A DNA stretch of 61,870 nt, filler included, from Limisphaerales bacterium (GTDB lineage Bacteria; Verrucomicrobiota; Verrucomicrobiia; Limisphaerales; SIBE01): NCBI GenBank assembly GCA_044225505.1. It is 6 parts of 6 records of this genome, joined end to end, with 100 filler letters (N's around TTAATTAATTAA, not from the genome) between each part and the next. Parts side by side here need not be neighbours in the genome. Positions count along the whole stretch, not along the records: positions 20,955 to 30,811 come from JBGAIN010000227.1; 5 more parts are not named here. One strand, written 5' to 3'. The position numbers were made by a program, and so were the translations under genes. Of the stretch, positions 20,957-30,117 are shown piece after piece (the first letter of the stretch is position 1; each line of letters opens with the position of its first letter). The notes under the pieces are model-generated. The model saw only the letters and a list, made by a program, of their open reading frames with translations, had not been told where the DNA came from and made no database searches.

Positions 20957-23900
20957 CATTCCAATGTCAATCCCTTGACTACCCCAGACTTAGAGCAACT
21001 CAGCCTGTTTCGTGCTGTGGTTCAAAGCGGGGTGTGCGACGTAGCATATTCTGAGGTGGTGATTGTTGGGATCAAAGAAGCCATCGGCATCGAGCGCGCG
21101 CCCCAGGGCGTGAACCTTTGCCCGGGTCAGACAGTGACACTTCAAGTCTCAGCGCGCGGTCCGGGTAATCTTCGTTACCAGTGGCGCAAAGATTGCGAGG
21201 ATCTAATCGGAGCGAATTCCAGTCAGCACACGCTCGCGAACGTCACCGCACAGGATGCTGGTTCCTACGAAGTGATTGTATCCAGCGATTGTGCGTCGGC
21301 AACCGCCAAAGCGACGGTTAAGGTGAACGACGCTGCCGGGCCTCAAATCGTTCGCTGGCCGTCCGACCGCATACTGACAGCCGCGCAATGCCACGCGATT
21401 CTTCCGGATTTGACCGTGGAAGTGCAGGCGAACGACGACTGCACTCCTACTGGACTGCTCCGTATCAGTCAATCGCCGTCAGCAGGTTCCACCCTAAACC
21501 CAGGGGAAACGGTAGTGACGATATCGGTCCAGGATGAAAACGGGAACGCCACTTCAAGCATGACTAAGATCTTTGTCGCCCATCCATCACCCCGTATTGC
21601 AATTAATGACGTTGCCATCCTGGAAGGAAATACTCTCGCTTCCGACGCGGTCTTTACGGTGACTCTTTCGGAACGGGCGTGCGTGCCTGTGACGGTGAAC
21701 TATGCTACGGACGATGGCGTCGATATCCAGACCAACACGGATTCCGTCATTGATCCGGACGTGGCGCTCGTCGGAAATCAGGTGGTCGTCTCGTGGCCCG
21801 CATCGTTTTTAGGATATGAACTGCACGCACGGAACTCTCTGGCGCCGCACAGCCAATGGGTGAGGATAGCTGAAGAGCCTGTGTTGAAGGAAAATCGGTT
21901 GTGCGTGACGCGGCCTATGGATGGCTTGACCGGTTTTTACCGACTTTGGAAGGCTGGTGAGATTACGTGGGCGCCAGCCCACGGCGACAGTGATTATGTT
22001 CCAGTTTCCGGAACCCTAACGTTCCCTATCGGCGAAATCACTCGAACCATTCGCGTGCCCGTCTTGGGCGATCTTCGGAACGAATCGGATGAAAGCTTTG
22101 TGATTAAGCTTTGGAACGCCACCAACGCGACCGTTGCGGACCATCCAGGTGTGGGAACGATTTTAAACGACGATCCCGTACCGGAATTAAGCATGGGGGA
22201 TGTCACCGTGACGGAGGGGAACACCGGGACGGTGGACGCGTTGTTCACCGTTCGGTTGTCCGAGGTGAGTGGGAAACCGGTGACAGTGCACTACGCCACG
22301 GCCGATGGGACGGCTCAAGTGGGCAGCGATTACCAAGCCAGCCGCGGCACGCTGAACTTCGTCGTCGGTGAGTTGGAGAAGACCGTATTGGTGAAGGTCA
22401 ATGGGGATACAGTTCATGAGCTGGACGAAACATTCGTGGTAAACTTGGACCAGGCGGTTAATGCCACCTTCGGTAAAGGGCAGGGGATAGGCACGATTCG
22501 CAACGACGACACAGTCCCAACCGTGCGGATCGACGATGTTCGATTGGTGGAAGGCAACAATGGGACTACCTACGCCGCATTCACTGTGCGATTATCAGCC
22601 GCTAGTAGTGAGTCGGCGAGCGTGGACTTCAGCACTGAGGACGGAAGCGCCATGGCTGGAAGTGATTACGTGGCGGCGACCGGGACAGTGCAATTCCTAC
22701 CGGGAACCAGCGGAGGAAATGAAGTGTTACCGAGTTTGCGCTTGAGCCGAGTGGATGAGCAATGGCAATTGGCGTGGACGAGCACGGTGGATGTCTACGA
22801 GTTGCAGGAGCGTGCGAGTCTGAGGGAAGGAGAAGCTTGGGAGAGGGTGCCTGGCACTGCCCAGATCTCGGGGACAGAATATCGGATGGCGGTGCCGCAA
22901 TCGAACGCGATTAGATTCTTCCGGCTGGTATCGACGGTGCCGCGGGACCCAAAAGAGATCGAGCAGCGCGTGGTAGTGAAGATCGTTGGAGATGTCATGT
23001 TTGAGGCGGATGAGAACTTCTTCGTAAACCTAGCCAAGCCAGTCAACGCCACGTTGACCCGGGCTCGCGCCGAAGGGTTGATTGTTAATGACGATACCGC
23101 ACCGGACTTGACCATTAGTGATGTGACCGTGACCGAAGGAAATGCGGGCACAACCCCAGCAGTCTTCACCGTAAGCTTGGGTGGAAAAAGTAGTCAGACC
23201 GCCAGCGTCAATTATATAACCGTCGACGGGACCGCAAGAGCGGGGAGAGATTACACCGGTGTCAGTGGCCGCCTCAGCTTTGCTCCGGGCCAGACCAGCC
23301 AGAGCGTGATCGTGTCCGTCATGGGTAACACCGTTCCGCAGCCAGACAGATCGTTCCAGCTCGTCTTGAGCGAACCGACGCAAGCGGTTTTGAAGAAGGT
23401 GGCAGGAGCTGGCATCATCCGAGACGACGATAAAGTGAACGATTTCCCAACCGTCCGAATCACGAGCCCAGAGAATCAGGAGACCTATTTCATGGGCGCG
23501 GCCATTGTCATCCAAGCCGATGCAACGGACCGTGATGGCTCGATCGCGCGCGTTGAGTTTTACGCCGACGGTCAATGGGTGGGGACATCCTTGAAAGCGC
23601 CTTACAGGGCTACCTGGGCTGGGGTTATGGCCGTTGGAGAACACTCGCTAACGGCCCGAGCCTTTGATGACGTCGGTGCTTCCGTGCAGTCAAGTCCCGT
23701 GATGATCAAGGTCGCGAACGTCGTGGCCGATGTCGCCATCGTCCGGAATTTTGATGACCCGGAAATTACGACGTTGGAGTCTTACCTCGTGGAGTTGGGA
23801 CTAAGCTACTACAGCTTTGACCAAGAGTTGATCACCTTGGAAAGCGTGAAACAGTATAAGTTGGTCATTTGGGATGACTTGGCTAAGATGAAGGGCGGTC

Positions 23901-25021
23901 TCGGCGACAAGGAAGTGGATCTATTCCAGAAGATTTATGAGGCTGACATTCCACTCTACTTTATCGGCGAACGTCTGGCCGCATCCTCTGCGAATCTCAG
24001 CGAGACGGCGCGGAACCAATGGACCAAGCTGATTCATTTACAACCGTCAAACAGCCAGACTGGGAATGGGATAATCTCGATACTCGCCGATAGTAATCAC
24101 CGCGTGATGAATGGTCGCTTCGGGTTTGTTGAAGATTTTGACTACCCAGCACAACTTGACGCAGCAATTCAAGCAAGTGGCGATCAAGTGTTGCTCGGCC
24201 AATCGGGAACAGCCGATGTGCTGCTCGCAAACGAGGATTCGGTAAGTGGGCTTCGAACTGTGACGCAGAACTTTCTGGTAGTGAACGGATCCAGTTCCGA
24301 GAAATCCATTGCTGAACGTCGGCGCTTGTTCTTGAACTCGGTTTGGTGGCTGTTGCGCCGACCCATTTGCGGTCTTACCGATTTGTTCGTCGGCCTATCG
24401 GCATCGTCGAATCTGGTTTTACCAGGATCGGAGCTGACATACACGCTGACGGTTCAACGAACCGGCGAGTGCGAAGGAACAGGCGTCATTGTGACCGATA
24501 CGCTCCCGCCGAACGTTCGGTTCGTCTCTGCGGAGACTCCTCAGGGTACGTGGTCAGAGAACGGTGGAACCGTAACTTTCCACCTCGGTCTGCTATCCGA
24601 AGTCTCCGTTCAGATGACCGTCACTGTGATCCCGTGGCAGCCTGGCGAAATTACAAACGCGGTTCGCGTCCGTGGAAACGAGCGCGAAGTTAATTTGAAT
24701 AACAACTCCGCGAACCTGACAACGACTGTCCGAGGTTCGGCAATCCCACAGGGCATCCCGAGTGACCTGAGGATAGACAGTAGTGGTGCCGCTACGAGTC
24801 GTCCGACGCTTGCCATTCGGAGCGATTCGAAGAGCGTTGTTGAGATAGTTGTTTCCCCGAAGGCTGGGAATATGTTTATCCTGGAAGTGTCCGACGACCT
24901 TATGACCTGGACACCTATCGGACAACTGATCGCACCGTCGGCGATATTAACGATCGTTGATGCGCCGCGGACGAGCCCTCGGTTTTATCGATTGTTGACG
25001 TGGAGTGAGTCGGTGCAATGA
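20957..25021 (+). CDS. Large surface protein: Ig-like, HYR-like, 4x Calx-beta, Big, alpha/beta domain, DUF11, three 'FYRL' modules; 5'-partial
   Basis: YQWRKD...DAGSYEVIV (Ig); repeated 'EGN.GT..A.FTV.LS...V.YAT.DGTA..GSDY...GTL.F...DE.F.V.L...I.NDD' (Calx-beta); 'LTYTLTV...VTDTLPPNVRFVSA...NNNSA' (DUF11). Confidence 0.9.
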   Translation, partial: HSNVNPLTTPDLEQLSLFRAVVQSGVCDVAYSEVVIVGIKEAIGIERAPQGVNLCPGQTVTLQVSARGPGNLRYQWRKDCEDLIGANSSQHTLANVTAQDAGSYEVIVSSDCASATAKATVKVNDAAGPQIVRWPSDRILTAAQCHAILPDLTVEVQANDDCTPTGLLRISQSPSAGSTLNPGETVVTISVQDENGNATSSMTKIFVAHPSPRIAINDVAILEGNTLASDAVFTVTLSERACVPVTVNYATDDGVDIQTNTDSVIDPDVALVGNQVVVSWPASFLGYELHARNSLAPHSQWVRIAEEPVLKENRLCVTRPMDGLTGFYRLWKAGEITWAPAHGDSDYVPVSGTLTFPIGEITRTIRVPVLGDLRNESDESFVIKLWNATNATVADHPGVGTILNDDPVPELSMGDVTVTEGNTGTVDALFTVRLSEVSGKPVTVHYATADGTAQVGSDYQASRGTLNFVVGELEKTVLVKVNGDTVHELDETFVVNLDQAVNATFGKGQGIGTIRNDDTVPTVRIDDVRLVEGNNGTTYAAFTVRLSAASSESASVDFSTEDGSAMAGSDYVAATGTVQFLPGTSGGNEVLPSLRLSRVDEQWQLAWTSTVDVYELQERASLREGEAWERVPGTAQISGTEYRMAVPQSNAIRFFRLVSTVPRDPKEIEQRVVVKIVGDVMFEADENFFVNLAKPVNATLTRARAEGLIVNDDTAPDLTISDVTVTEGNAGTTPAVFTVSLGGKSSQTASVNYITVDGTARAGRDYTGVSGRLSFAPGQTSQSVIVSVMGNTVPQPDRSFQLVLSEPTQAVLKKVAGAGIIRDDDKVNDFPTVRITSPENQETYFMGAAIVIQADATDRDGSIARVEFYADGQWVGTSLKAPYRATWAGVMAVGEHSLTARAFDDVGASVQSSPVMIKVANVVADVAIVRNFDDPEITTLESYLVELGLSYYSFDQELITLESVKQYKLVIWDDLAKMKGGLGDKEVDLFQKIYEADIPLYFIGERLAASSANLSETARNQWTKLIHLQPSNSQTGNGIISILADSNHRVMNGRFGFVEDFDYPAQLDAAIQASGDQVLLGQSGTADVLLANEDSVSGLRTVTQNFLVVNGSSSEKSIAERRRLFLNSVWWLLRRPICGLTDLFVGLSASSNLVLPGSELTYTLTVQRTGECEGTGVIVTDTLPPNVRFVSAETPQGTWSENGGTVTFHLGLLSEVSVQMTVTVIPWQPGEITNAVRVRGNEREVNLNNNSANLTTTVRGSAIPQGIPSDLRIDSSGAATSRPTLAIRSDSKSVVEIVVSPKAGNMFILEVSDDLMTWTPIGQLIAPSAILTIVDAPRTSPRFYRLLTWSESVQ

Positions 25022-25142
25022 AGATTACAGGTTCAAGAATCGGCCCGATCAGTCGGGCACGACGCAGGTTCTGAAGCCAGACCGCGGACCGTGATGAAAG
25101 AACACCTGATTAGCCTTCGCAAGCGATTCCTGTAAACTCATC

Positions 25143-25532
25143 ATGAAGTTCTGGTTGTTCGTCTTTACGTCCCTTGGATTTGTTTTGTCAGCGCTGTCTT
25201 TCCCGTTTCTTTGCGAAAAGGTTCCCCCCAATAGAATTTTCGGTTTTGGGATATTTGCGAGCGTTGGGGATCGTGCGCTCTGGTATCGCCTGAATCGTTT
25301 CATCGCCCGGCGGCTCATCCTGACATCCTCAGCGCTATTTATGGCGGCTTTATCCCTCTTTTTCCTGCCAGACCAATCTCCGGCGACGTATTCATTGGAG
25401 TGCTTGGGAGTGCTCGTCTTGGGCATTGTCTTCACCGCGGTTCGTTCCGCACGATACCTGCGATCGCAGCGGCATTTTCATACTGACTCTCCTGATGGAT
25501 TGAAGCAGGGAAAGACCACTACGCTGATATAA
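25143..25532 (+). CDS. SdpI/YhfL-family membrane protein
   Basis: TM helix, then 'KVPPNRIFGFG...WYRLNR', then two TM helices. Confidence 0.6.
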   Translation: MKFWLFVFTSLGFVLSALSFPFLCEKVPPNRIFGFGIFASVGDRALWYRLNRFIARRLILTSSALFMAALSLFFLPDQSPATYSLECLGVLVLGIVFTAVRSARYLRSQRHFHTDSPDGLKQGKTTTLI

Positions 25533-25582
25533 AGTCAACCCATTCCCCGGGGAAAGCCTGATATGCGTCTCCGGTTGCGCCC

Positions 25583-26065
25583 GTGCCGCGTGGCGCTAAA
25601 AAATTGAGCATGTCCGGACAGGCGTTTCGAGGTCCCCTGAAAGTGATTGTAGTCGAAGACAATGACGACGATTTTTTTCTCTTAGAGCGCGCGTTTCACA
25701 AATCATCCATTGGTGGAATGCTGGTACGAGCTCGCAGCGGCACGGAGGCTCTCGCTGAGCTTGGAGTGCTTTTGGATAGCGATCCAGAGAGGCCGCTTTG
25801 CTTGCTCGTGGATCTGAAGATGCCTGGAGTCGATGGCTTTGGCTTGTTACAGAATATTCGTTCAGAACCCCGCACCAGGCGGATCCCCGTGATCATCTTA
25901 TCCTCCTCCGATAGCCCAAAGGATCTGGCTCGTGCCTGCGACCTTGGCGCAAATTCTTATGTGGTCAAGCCGTTGACCTTTGACGGTTTTAAAGCTGTAA
26001 CGCAAGCGTTCCGACAATGGTGGGTGAACTCGAATTGGAGCTCTGATCCTTCGATCTCGACTTAG
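25583..26065 (+). CDS. Single-domain response regulator (Rcp1-like)
   Basis: VVEDNDDD, LLVDLKMPGVDG, IPVIILSSS, GANSYVVKP. Confidence 0.9.
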   Translation: MPRGAKKLSMSGQAFRGPLKVIVVEDNDDDFFLLERAFHKSSIGGMLVRARSGTEALAELGVLLDSDPERPLCLLVDLKMPGVDGFGLLQNIRSEPRTRRIPVIILSSSDSPKDLARACDLGANSYVVKPLTFDGFKAVTQAFRQWWVNSNWSSDPSIST

Positions 26066-26271
26066 CGCCAAAGTGTTGAGCGCTGAGAGGGCAATCGACG
26101 GAGCAAAATGCGTCTCGGGGAGCTACCAAGTTCGGTGTTTGAACTTCCACATACGAACAGGTTGCACCCCTCAGTCGAGATCTGATAACGTCTCTTTCGC
26201 CGGGCAGGGCAGTGAGTGTCGGTTAAATGACTTGTCTTTAATTCCACTCTACGTCACTCCCGTAATCCATT

Positions 26272-26361
26272 GCCGGTGTGGCGAAATGGCAGACGCACAG
26301 GACTTAAAATCCTGGGGCCCCTTAGAAGGCCGTGTCGGTTCGAGTCCGACCACCGGCACCA
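26272..26361 (+). tRNA. tRNA-Leu (anticodon TAA)
   Basis: Acceptor stem GCCGGTG/CACCGGC, D-arm GGCGAAATGGCAGACGC, anticodon arm CAGGA-CTTAAAA-TCCTG, long variable arm, GTTCGAGTC, encoded ACCA. Confidence 0.97.
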
Positions 26362-26406
26362 AACTGAACCGCCTCGACGGTAACGGTTTGGCGCAAGGGA
26401 GGGGGG

Positions 26407-26430
26407 AAACTGACACCAAAACGGACACCA
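26407..26430 (+). repeat. 12-bp direct repeat pair, putative integrase arm-binding site
   Basis: AAACTGACACCA AAACGGACACCA, 45 bp downstream of the tRNA 3' end. Confidence 0.5.
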
Positions 26431-26614
26431 ATTTCACTGCTCAGCCAGAACTTTGGCAGAAGCAAGCGACTACTCGCCCACAACTCCCTAAGGTCGCCGC
26501 GTTCTGTCGCTTCAACGCCAAGCGATTTGGAAAACGGTTGCTCTGCCGAAAATGTCAGGTGAGGCAGTCGACTGCTCCAGTAGTCAGTCTCAGACCGCAG
26601 GCAATTGCCGCAAT

Positions 26615-27044
26615 TTACTCCTCGGGCAGTGACTTAGGCGCGACCGCCATGCCAAGTTTTTTCGCTACCTCACGAAGTGGGCCATCAAGGGAGGCCAGCA
26701 CCGCACCGCGACGAAGCACAAGTTCAAGGTAAGCAGCGTCGTAAACTGAAAGCCCGTGCTGCCGGGCAAGGCCCAATGTCTCGCGAGCGGGAACGGTCGT
26801 TGGTTTCGGTGTCGATGGTGACCGGAATTTTGAGGAAAAGGGCGGCAGCCTGAGTTACGCCAGCGGCATCGAGACGGTTTCTACGCTCGGCCATCCAGAG
26901 CGAATTGCAGACCTCAAGCCTCCAGTGGGCCGGAACCCAGACCGCCTCGGCGTTAAGAAGATCTTGGTCGCGAACAGCGATTGCAATTGCCGAAACCTCA
27001 TCGGGGAGTAGCCAGCTAAGTGTTATTGAGGCATCCATCACCAA
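26615..27044 (-). pseudogene. vapC: VapC/PIN-domain toxin, frameshifted near 26790
   Basis: VMDASITLSW...EVCNSL...; after a +1 shift it reads ARETLGLARQHGLSVYDAAYLELVLRRGAVLASLDGPLREVAKKLG...EE*. Confidence 0.85.
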
Positions 27045-27049
27045 CGCGC

Positions 27050-27316
27050 TTATCGCTCGCGGCCTCCGTCGATCAAGTCGCGGTAGGTCACCTTATGTAG
27101 GCCTTTCGGATTAAGGGGATGTTTGGCCCGAAACTCATCCATTTCGCGGAAAAGTTCCGCAAGTTCGACTCGGCTAGGTTTCTCGATGGGCACAAGTTGG
27201 GCTACCGGCTTTTCGTGCTTGGTGATGGTCACCTCGGCGCCCTGGCTTACATTCTCCAATAGCTCGGAGAATTTCGTCTTGGCTTCAAAGGCACCAACGG
27301 TCAGCGACTGTTTCAT
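27050..27316 (-). CDS. Phd/YefM-family antitoxin
   Basis: TVGAFEAKTKFSELLENVSQGAEVTITKHEKPVAQLVP. Confidence 0.9.
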   Translation of the reverse strand: MKQSLTVGAFEAKTKFSELLENVSQGAEVTITKHEKPVAQLVPIEKPSRVELAELFREMDEFRAKHPLNPKGLHKVTYRDLIDGGRER

Positions 27317-27330
27317 GAGCGAATCCAAAA

Positions 27331-27350
27331 CAACTAGTTGTAGACTAGAT
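27331..27350 (-). promoter_or_regulatory. Putative TA autoregulatory operator
   Basis: Palindrome CAACTAGTTG plus a second CTAG unit just upstream of the antitoxin start. Confidence 0.4.
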
Positions 27351-27829
27351 TAACAGAAGCTTGATTGGAAGGCGTTTCCTCAGGTTCTCGTCGGGAACTG
27401 GATGTATTCCGTAGGCTCGTCCTCCGATTGAGCAGCAGGGTTCCAGACGCGGGAAGGAACGCGGTGAGGGGACCGTCAGCCGCGATTGGTGGCCCGAGAG
27501 CGTGACGCCGGTCGAAATCGAAGCTTCGTGCACTGTCGATCGTTTCCGATGACTCAATGCGCGGGGTCCAGTTCGGAAACCCAGGACTAACGCGGCGGCG
27601 ACGGGGAGGCGGAGAATCCCAGGCCGAAGGCCCAACCTCGTTCAACTTTCCCAAGAGAAATGTGGCATCAAATTGTCGACGTCTTTAGAGTATTGATAGT
27701 AAGCTACTTCCGACTGCGGTGATGCAATTTACGACGGTTTGTATGACGCCCGTGCTTACATCCCGCCTGGTGCTTGGCGAAGTAGCTATTCTCTAAAAGG
27801 TGCAGCACAATTTTTGCGCTTCATCAATC

Positions 27830-27905
27830 GGGCTGATTCGGGCTTTGTTCAGGCTTCGTTCGGCCTTACCCAGCCTTCGTATAGGCTCAGCTGAACAAAG
27901 CTTGG
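27830..27905 (+). repeat. Dispersed repeat built from 11-bp units (GGCTTYGTTCR); inverted copy at 39930-40020
   Basis: GGGCTGATTC-GGGCTTTGTTC-AGGCTTCGTTC-GGCCTTACCCAGCCTTCGT...CTGAACAAAG matches the reverse complement of 39930-40020. Confidence 0.75.
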
Positions 27906-28550
27906 CGAAGGCAGAACCAACCCAGGTTCAGCCTCGAAACAGGATCAAAATCCGCCGAGAAGTCATGGGATACGATGGCGGACGGTCGTCAGTTGGGCAG
28001 GTGGATCACTCGATCGAAGCTTCAAAACGGTCGACCTCGATGTCGTATCACGGAACTTGGTTGAATCTGGAATTGGCCGCTGACTCGTCCGATGGCCAAA
28101 CGGACATCCTGAAGCAGGCATCGAGGTGCCGCGAACGAGAATAGGGCGGAGCGCTCACCGGCGCTCGGCTGATCGAAAGAGACATATACCATGGAGGAGG
28201 GACGAATTCTGTCACAACGGTATGTCATGTGAACGCAAAGAGTTGTTACATGCGGAAAGCGCCCGTAAGCACGGCCGTGCTTACACCCACAAGCTATCGA
28301 TTTCGACCAAGTCGGGCTTGGCTTCGCCGGGCGAAGGTCGGTCCAGAGATCGAATCGAGGCCAGCCGGGGTACAACGCCCCTGGATGGAAAAAATTACGG
28401 TAAGGACATCGGAACGAGCTATTCAGAGGGGGTGACTACCGTAATTTTCCCCGCCGCGGGACGTTGACCTGACCGTCCTTCGGCCCGTGTAATTGAAAAT
28501 GGGTCTTGCCGGCAGTTGGCAGCATGGCGATGCCTTTCGGTTAACGCCAA

Positions 28551-30117
28551 ATGACCACCTCAGCCGACGCACGAGGACGACCCCCTCTGGGAATGCCGCT
28601 TGACCCCACCGACGAAGAACTGGCCCGTGACTGGACATTGACGTCCGCGGATCTCGCCGAGCTGGCCAAGTGCAGAGGCGATGAAAAGCGCCACAGTTTT
28701 GCCCTGCAGCTCTGCACGCTCCGCCGCTACGGTTGCTTTTTGGGAAATGACTTTTCGCAGGTTCCGGTTCGGATCGTCAATCACGTGGGGCGGCAAGTGG
28801 GCTTGCCACCGATGCTGTTTGTCGCCCCGCCATCGCGCCCGGCCACTGACGTTGAGCACGAGCGCAGAATCCGGGAGCACCTGGGCTATCGCTCATATGC
28901 GGAAACGGACGAAGCTACGTTAGAAGCGTGGCTCCGAGATCAAGCTGCAGAGGGCCTGCTCGCAGAGAGTTTGGTCGTCCTGGCGGAGAAGTATCTGCGA
29001 GAGCGGAAGATTGTCTTGCCAGCCCGGACTCGCCTGGAGCGCATGGCAACGACGGCAGCGGTGGCGGCAGGAGAGGACGCCCTGGTTCGAATTTCCAGCC
29101 GCCTGTCCGGTGATTTATGCGCACGGATGGACAAGCTGCTCGACACTAAAGACGACCATCGGTCGGTTCTGTTTCAGCTTAAGCAGTACCCACCGGAACC
29201 GCGTCCTGACTCAATCAATGCATACCTCGAGCTAGCCGCGGTGCTGCGTGAGCTCGGAGCAGGCAGTATCGACTTCACGGGCCCCGCCTGGAAGCAGTGG
29301 TCCACCTAGCCGGAATGGCGCGCCGTTACGCCGCGGCCGATCTCAAGCGATTTGCCCCCGCAAAACGGCACGCACTCGTGGCGTGTTTTGTGGCAGAGGC
29401 AAACAAAACAATGCTCGATCACCTGGTCGAGATGCACCACGTGTTCCTGACGGGTCTTCACCGCCGCGCGATGCACGCCTACGAAGAGCGGCATCGAGCT
29501 TTACGACAAAATGCCGGCCGATATCTGCGTGCTGTGCTGGACGCGCTTGAGACCCTCCTGGACAGCGGCCGCCCGATCAGTGAAACCGTAGCCGAGCTGG
29601 ATCTACCTGCGCTGAGGGCGGCCATGGCCGGATGTCGGGAATTTCAACGTGTTGTTGATCGCCGCGGCCTTGAAGAGCTCCGGGCACGCCATCACCATTT
29701 AAAGCGCTACCTACCAAAATTCCTGCAGCTCCAATTCCAAGGCGGTCCCGGTACGGGGCCCCTCGTGGAAACCATTGAATACGCGCGCAAAGTTCACCCT
29801 GGGAAGCATGCGGCGCTCGGGGTAGATGCACCGACAGGGTTTGCAGCAGGGATTTGGAGCTATGCGGTCAAGGCCAGCGAAGAGAACGCTCCCGACCTTC
29901 GCTCTTGGGAGTTGGCGCTCGCGTTCGCGATCCGAGATGCGCTCAGGTCGGGGGACCTTTATCTGGCCGAGAGCCGACATCACGTGTCGTTCTGGAACCT
30001 GGTTCAGAGTAAAGAGCAATGTTCCGCGGAACCATAGACAGTGACCTCGTGCGTGAGCAATGGGACGCGCTGGTTCGCGTGGCCGCTTCGTTGAGACAGC
30101 GCACGGCGCCCGCTCAT
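28551..30117 (+). mobile_element. tnpA: Tn3-family transposase pseudogene (DUF4158 N-terminus; frameshift ~29285; large deletion ~30020)
   Basis: FALQLCTLRRYGCF, LRERKIVLP, WELALAFAIRDALRSGDLYLAESRHH, then a jump to DDE-region text 'IDSDLVREQWDALVRVAASLRQRTAPAH'. Confidence 0.85.
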
